Of a stretch of 64,000 bases of DNA, positions 60,001 through 64,000 are shown in pieces. Below the pieces are notes generated by a model, which saw nothing but the letters and a program-made list of their open reading frames with translations, made no database searches and was not told the DNA's origin. Position 1 is the stretch's first letter; each line of letters starts with the position of its first letter. Source of the DNA: a virus. The DNA is taken from positions 1 through 64,000 of the IMG/VR virus record IMGVR_UViG_3300042691_007361; one strand, written 5' to 3'. A program made the translations under genes and the position numbers.

Positions 60001-63000
60001 TTGTCATTAAGAATTCCAGGCTCGGATGTAGCAAGAACTGCAGCATCATATGCTGTGTCATTAGTTACAAGTGAACCAAATCTCTTATATAATAAGTTTT
60101 TCTTACTTACTTCTGCTCCTCTGTATATACTAACCACTTTTGCTGGTGTAGTTATGCCTTTTTGAATCGCAGTCTTCAAGTTTTTAACTAGAGTTACTTG
60201 TGGTGCATTATCACCATCTAGAACTACAGAGATTGTATCATTATCACCAACCTTAGCTATTGCTCTGCTGTATGCGTTCTCATTTATCTGTTTAAGATAT
60301 AATGCTCTTCTTTGATAAGGTATTCTTTTCTCAATTCTATTAGCGGCTTTGAACTTAGTAAAAGTAGCTTGAGGGATTTCTTTAGTAGCTAGTGTAGAGA
60401 ATGTACTCTTAAGTAGCTTTTGATTACTTCCATACTCACGGATTGTAGGCTGAGATACAAATGCAATTGCTGTCTTCTCAGGTACTCCTGCTTCTAGTAA
60501 GTAGTTAAGGATGCTGATTGTTTCTAGGTTAGCTTGAATAAAGAATGCCCATGGATCTTTCTCAACATCAAGAAGACCATTCATGATATGAGAGTATACG
60601 TCAGCAATTCTAGTACCTGCTACATTAACATTATTAGACAAAGAAATATGTCCGTCTATCTCAGCATGCGGTAGAAGTAATCTTGTTTCATAATCTCTCT
60701 CACCATCTACATACTTACCAGAGTTCTCATCAAAGAATGATTCTTTGTAAGTCTTAGGCATCTTAGCACCAATAGATTTAAAGATTGGGTGTTTCTTGTT
60801 TTGTAGAGCTTCAATACCTAGGGTATCTTTACCTACCATGTTTACATCATGCTTATGCAAGTTGTAACCTACTTCCAGAATACGGGTAGGGCTGATAGCT
60901 TTTTTTCTTTTGCCACTATCATCAGCCGGACCCATTCTCTGTTCCTCACCATGCATATTCTTGTATCTGTTATACTCAATAACATATGGTTCAAATTCAT
61001 CTGCTGTACCTTTTACAAGGTGAGTTTCATTTGGACGTACAAGTGATGCAAAGTTTCCTGGAGTTGCCAATATATCTTTAGTAGCCTGGATCAATTCATT
61101 CTCAAGTGCCTTCTTCTGTTTTTGAATTAGAGCTTTAGGACTTGGTTTTTTCATTCCAGGTTTTGGTTTGATCTTTTTAAGATCATCAATCTTTTGTTTT
61201 AACTCCTCATTGCTGATAGCTCCTGTTGCATACTCACCTTGTGTATTAATGTGAGGCATCATCCAGAAGATTTTATCAACGTCAAAGTCAGATCCTGCCT
61301 TAGCTACAATCTCTGTAGGTACAACAACTTTATTTCCTGCTGCTGGATCTAAGAAATGCCATACTTCACCAAACTCCATTGAGTTTAAGTTCTGAATTGG
61401 AATACGTGCACCAGCAAGAGTAATTGCTTTACGGTTGTTACCAGTATCTAACCACTCATCATCTTTGATAGCTTCGTTTAGTCTACTGATATTACCAATC
61501 TCTTCTCCTTTATATTGTAACTTAAGTAAGTTAACAAAGTCACCTTGAAGAGCAATAGCAATCTTCATTGCATTAGTCCCATCTTTACCTGGGTGATATG
61601 AAGGAAGGTTGTTACTACCTAGATATTTCTTTTTATCTTTTTCTGAAGCTTTATCAAACTGTACTGTCTGATCCCAGAGACCATTGTACATTGTACTTGG
61701 TACTTGTACTAATGCTTCTCCTTTTACCTTTTGTCTGATAAGTCTTTTAGTAAGTACAGACAATAGCATACGCTCAATAGTATCTGCTTCTAGGTGAAGT
61801 GATAAGTCAGTCTTTATGTTACCATTAAAGTCTACACCAATAGATCTTAACAAGTGATCTGGAATATCTCTTTTACCTAGTTCTTTTTGAATAAGCTCTA
61901 GGAAGTTCTTGATATTACCAATGTATTTACCATTCTTTTGCTCGTATCCAATCTCTTCAAGTATCTCTAACTTAAGTAAGTTAGTATACTGAGCAACAAC
62001 ATCATCATACTTAGTTGCTAGTTTATCAAACTCAGGCTTAGTAATTGCTCCTTTATCAAATAATCCATCAAGGATTAATCCACGCAACTGAGTAGGGAAA
62101 GTAACTATTGTTTTGTATTTAGCATTGATATTAGTTACACTCTTAAGATACTCTAAGTAAATTGTATTCGGTGTAAGAGTAAGTTCTTTCTTAAGTTCTT
62201 TCTGTGTATCATCTGCAAAGATTACATCTGCTTTTCCATTAGATGTAACATTACCAACTTTAGAACCTGATTCATATGTTAGATACTGAATGTTGTTTCT
62301 CATCATCTCTTTATGAAGATGTTCTAATTGAGAACCAGCAATCTCACTAGGAATCAGCGGCATCAATGCAAACTTATGGAAAGATGTCAATGGCAAATCT
62401 GTATTTGCTAATGGTCCAAAGTTCTGTAACTTATATACCGGGAAGTAGTTAACTACATCAGATGCTTTTATAGGAACTTTATTTATTATTTTCTTGTAAA
62501 GCTCTTCTTGTTTATTACTCCATGCATTTTCTAGCTTCTTAAGTGTACGGTATGCATCAATACCAATTACACCTGCACCATCAGCCTCATTCATTTCTTT
62601 ATAAGGCTTAAGTTCTTTTTCTAGTAGGTCATTTATCTGAGCTTCAGATTTACCATTTAGTTTATACTCTGCTCTAAGACCAGCTTCTATATCCTTAAGA
62701 TAAACAGACGGGCGCTCAACATCTTTGACTACAGCAGTATTAAAAGTACCATCATAGTGAAACTTGTTGTAGTCATCATTCTTTTCTTCAGCGGCTACCT
62801 TAGATGCATATGTAACTCTCTCAATTATATTACCATCATCATCTACTCTATCTTTATTCCAGATATTATTAATGAAGTCTTGAGCCATTACATCAGTAAG
62901 GAACTTAGGTCCACCTGAAGTAGAACCTGTGTTACGCTTATGCATCTCTTCTTTAAGGTGATTGTACTGAGCCATATCACCATAGAATAGATTAATAGTT

Positions 63001-63998
63001 TCAAAGTTATGTATCCAGGAGTTGTACGTATATGATTTTACAATAGCAGCTTTTTGCTCAACCTCATTAAGGTCATTAGGTCCAAGCTTATCAAATAGAG
63101 ATTGATCAATATACTCTTGTACACCAAGGAAAGATAAGTTATCTGCAGTTTGTTCACCAAAGTAATTAATCATATCATTAATTACCTTTTGTTTTAGACC
63201 TGTTCTATCAGTTCTTAAGAAGTCTTCAAGTGTACCTCCGCTTTCTTTGATAGCATTCATTACTTCTTCTGAAAGTAATTCTTTTTTAGTATCTTCAGAA
63301 AGTACATTATCAAATGATGTTAGTACCTCACCGGCATATATCTTTTCACCATTCTCTCCTCTAGCAACTACTTTGTTATATCCACCATATTTCAGAAACT
63401 CATCCTTATTATCTTTGAATTTCATTATACGTTCATACTCAGCACCTAGATAAGGAATTAGTATGTTATTGATAGCATAGATATCTCCACCACCGTTGGG
63501 TGTAAACATTGACATGTCTACATAAAGATTTTTGTCTTCTCCTTTACCTGGATAAGATACAACACCACCATCTACTTTTACTCCAAATGATGATTTCTTA
63601 GATGCATGGCGGATGAATTCCTGTATACCACCTTTTAACATAAGGTGCATCTCTTGTAGGAACTTACTATAGATATCTAATGATGTTGTGGTAGTACCAA
63701 TATCTTCATTGGCAATCTGAGTACCAGCATCAATAAATAGTTTTAAAGAGCGCCCCTTGATTTTATCACCGTTTCCTTCAGTAGAGAAGATACTATTGAG
63801 GATCTGAGATCTATTGTTATTTACAAATGAGTTAATCTTAGGATTAAGATAAGACATGTATTTAAACGGATTCTCTGCTGCTGTAGGATTAGAGTAAAGC
63901 TCTTTGATATTGTTTACTCTGTTTATAGCATCAACCTGACGGCTGATAGAGTGATCATCAATAAATTCATTAACAAGATTCTTCTCCGGGTTGAGCAC
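57051..63998 (-). CDS. Virion RNA polymerase (crAss-like, phi14:2 gp66 type), 5'-truncated, with C-terminal RNase H and ASCH domains
   Basis: RIP.Q...GSDFDVDK double-psi-barrel catalytic motif at 61275-61289; giant size; position next to the cargo gene. Confidence 0.85.
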   Translation of the reverse strand: MLNPEKNLVNEFIDDHSISRQVDAINRVNNIKELYSNPTAAENPFKYMSYLNPKINSFVNNNRSQILNSIFSTEGNGDKIKGRSLKLFIDAGTQIANEDIGTTTTSLDIYSKFLQEMHLMLKGGIQEFIRHASKKSSFGVKVDGGVVSYPGKGEDKNLYVDMSMFTPNGGGDIYAINNILIPYLGAEYERIMKFKDNKDEFLKYGGYNKVVARGENGEKIYAGEVLTSFDNVLSEDTKKELLSEEVMNAIKESGGTLEDFLRTDRTGLKQKVINDMINYFGEQTADNLSFLGVQEYIDQSLFDKLGPNDLNEVEQKAAIVKSYTYNSWIHNFETINLFYGDMAQYNHLKEEMHKRNTGSTSGGPKFLTDVMAQDFINNIWNKDRVDDDGNIIERVTYASKVAAEEKNDDYNKFHYDGTFNTAVVKDVERPSVYLKDIEAGLRAEYKLNGKSEAQINDLLEKELKPYKEMNEADGAGVIGIDAYRTLKKLENAWSNKQEELYKKIINKVPIKASDVVNYFPVYKLQNFGPLANTDLPLTSFHKFALMPLIPSEIAGSQLEHLHKEMMRNNIQYLTYESGSKVGNVTSNGKADVIFADDTQKELKKELTLTPNTIYLEYLKSVTNINAKYKTIVTFPTQLRGLILDGLFDKGAITKPEFDKLATKYDDVVAQYTNLLKLEILEEIGYEQKNGKYIGNIKNFLELIQKELGKRDIPDHLLRSIGVDFNGNIKTDLSLHLEADTIERMLLSVLTKRLIRQKVKGEALVQVPSTMYNGLWDQTVQFDKASEKDKKKYLGSNNLPSYHPGKDGTNAMKIAIALQGDFVNLLKLQYKGEEIGNISRLNEAIKDDEWLDTGNNRKAITLAGARIPIQNLNSMEFGEVWHFLDPAAGNKVVVPTEIVAKAGSDFDVDKIFWMMPHINTQGEYATGAISNEELKQKIDDLKKIKPKPGMKKPSPKALIQKQKKALENELIQATKDILATPGNFASLVRPNETHLVKGTADEFEPYVIEYNRYKNMHGEEQRMGPADDSGKRKKAISPTRILEVGYNLHKHDVNMVGKDTLGIEALQNKKHPIFKSIGAKMPKTYKESFFDENSGKYVDGERDYETRLLLPHAEIDGHISLSNNVNVAGTRIADVYSHIMNGLLDVEKDPWAFFIQANLETISILNYLLEAGVPEKTAIAFVSQPTIREYGSNQKLLKSTFSTLATKEIPQATFTKFKAANRIEKRIPYQRRALYLKQINENAYSRAIAKVGDNDTISVVLDGDNAPQVTLVKNLKTAIQKGITTPAKVVSIYRGAEVSKKNLLYKRFGSLVTNDTAYDAAVLATSEPGILNDKGYFDEETLIASIKDPKNPKYKAIQDAAFLHFLEIEKQIKGLEAVKRQSNPDTKLLKTIQQVRKREQAFLDSTETSKVDPELPEAIRNKSILRSFYQGDLALDLVEPVMPLRLNKEVSDFITSKLGGNKTEISRKFGQGMDGEERFTSEFNNAVINYIFQNYMSNFVDSKGNISELPDYYRGSQIVIKPGVQNGVEYKDGVIYVDRGQLNRDFTDKKYLKTSDSNDSFTKRGLTSFKVSDDPFRSQASFNRYVVEREYLRSIYTEGESYTPAFEKFLAQRALLNTFNRDAIVGTDEFSYTNLVMNTIREFSQLKDRYPILGQISVLPYKGKEKIVQLNDRNILKGELGDVYFQNLRELADVNVRKVSSEADNKRLSDVFRIFSLMMIHQHGVGYTKYGFNKALDDTMYLEVMRSAAGTFMQNNLNPASLSKVYNNLMSDSQFKNYVVEPKVFNSNQVTAFPLEETISTRTAIDNLVNELGENEFNQMVKDLNPDLTIIDVPENVDLQKLYSDDYDDYVDVTYQSLNIILDRLATAGVNVDKLSNLFHDFSTDQPVNISEFSLWVDNNIKAPEVEESPEILEKDMGDNQQLSLFEEEKVEAKENKTAKMSTVQEPIRVYSDGSDIKGTGNIGFGAVYKYQDKEFGLSGTQEGEAVKDLQAKFPNAKFSNPTMEMLALSTVLETFQDTGEHLFIHQDYNGAVNYNGLWQHSEGSLQRADKPWKSKEPYIQYLIDKAVAAIAKIEANGGSVKITWVKGHSGEEMNDLADKYAKSRKNFNEFLKPMSNQLTQPLSFKGKMSFSYGDNKRPGVTADSTIAAVALGERTATTRYSDQKGFDYWKKAKTGDIIEWVSDNGDSLKVKVTKPLHKLVGSGKTASQWSQLEGWSTDYFNKVVRPKLDKAWQIEFEYIPDTYKNAINTAQESGFDFSAISVGNYSMLDDFYNTLTAEQQQKLGNLDDVIESYFEMYADTMSEEQYIEHLKNCKL

Positions 63999-64000
63999 AG

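Noticed and set aside
52115-63453. Short plus-strand ORFs inside the giant genes (and similar shadow ORFs elsewhere)
   Set aside because: Antisense shadows of long coding frames
1-64000. Stop-codon reassignment as in some crAss-like phages
   Set aside because: Long genes are intact in code 11; TAA, TAG and TGA all end genes; no suppressor tRNA seen

Overview
About 64 kb of an AT-rich, crAss-like (Crassvirales-type) Bacteroidota phage genome in the standard genetic code. It has four blocks. (1) 1-12.6 kb, minus strand: IHF/HU-like genes, M15 endolysin and holin-like genes, tail fibre/spike genes, a GroES homologue and a cluster of small candidate anti-defence 'sponge' proteins. (2) 12.9-21 kb, plus strand: an array of about 16 tiny coding and non-coding units joined by a hairpin-U-tract-ACT(A/G)A junction, then a ~900-nt structured RNA region directly upstream of a DUF2828 (TROVE/Ro60-like, vWA) gene. 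(3) 21-51 kb, plus strand: replication and metabolism genes (SF2 helicase, ClpS, GH73, UNG, DnaB, Sak4-like ATPase, SSB, primase, MoxR-like AAA/vWA pair, PD-(D/E)XK nuclease, PolB, MazG-like). (4) 51-64 kb, minus strand: two giant virion proteins, including the 5'-truncated virion RNA polymerase (DFDVD) with appended RNase H and ASCH domains. The most striking observation is 18.6-20.9 kb. It holds a pistol ribozyme, a tRNA-like element, four covarying 'stem-MCAGCA-loop-stem-G' RNA repeats and a twister ribozyme that cuts right after repeat 2, all leading into the Ro60-like gene. This looks like a self-processing, Y-RNA-like/Ro-like phage RNP system. All calls were made by eye; no database searches were run.
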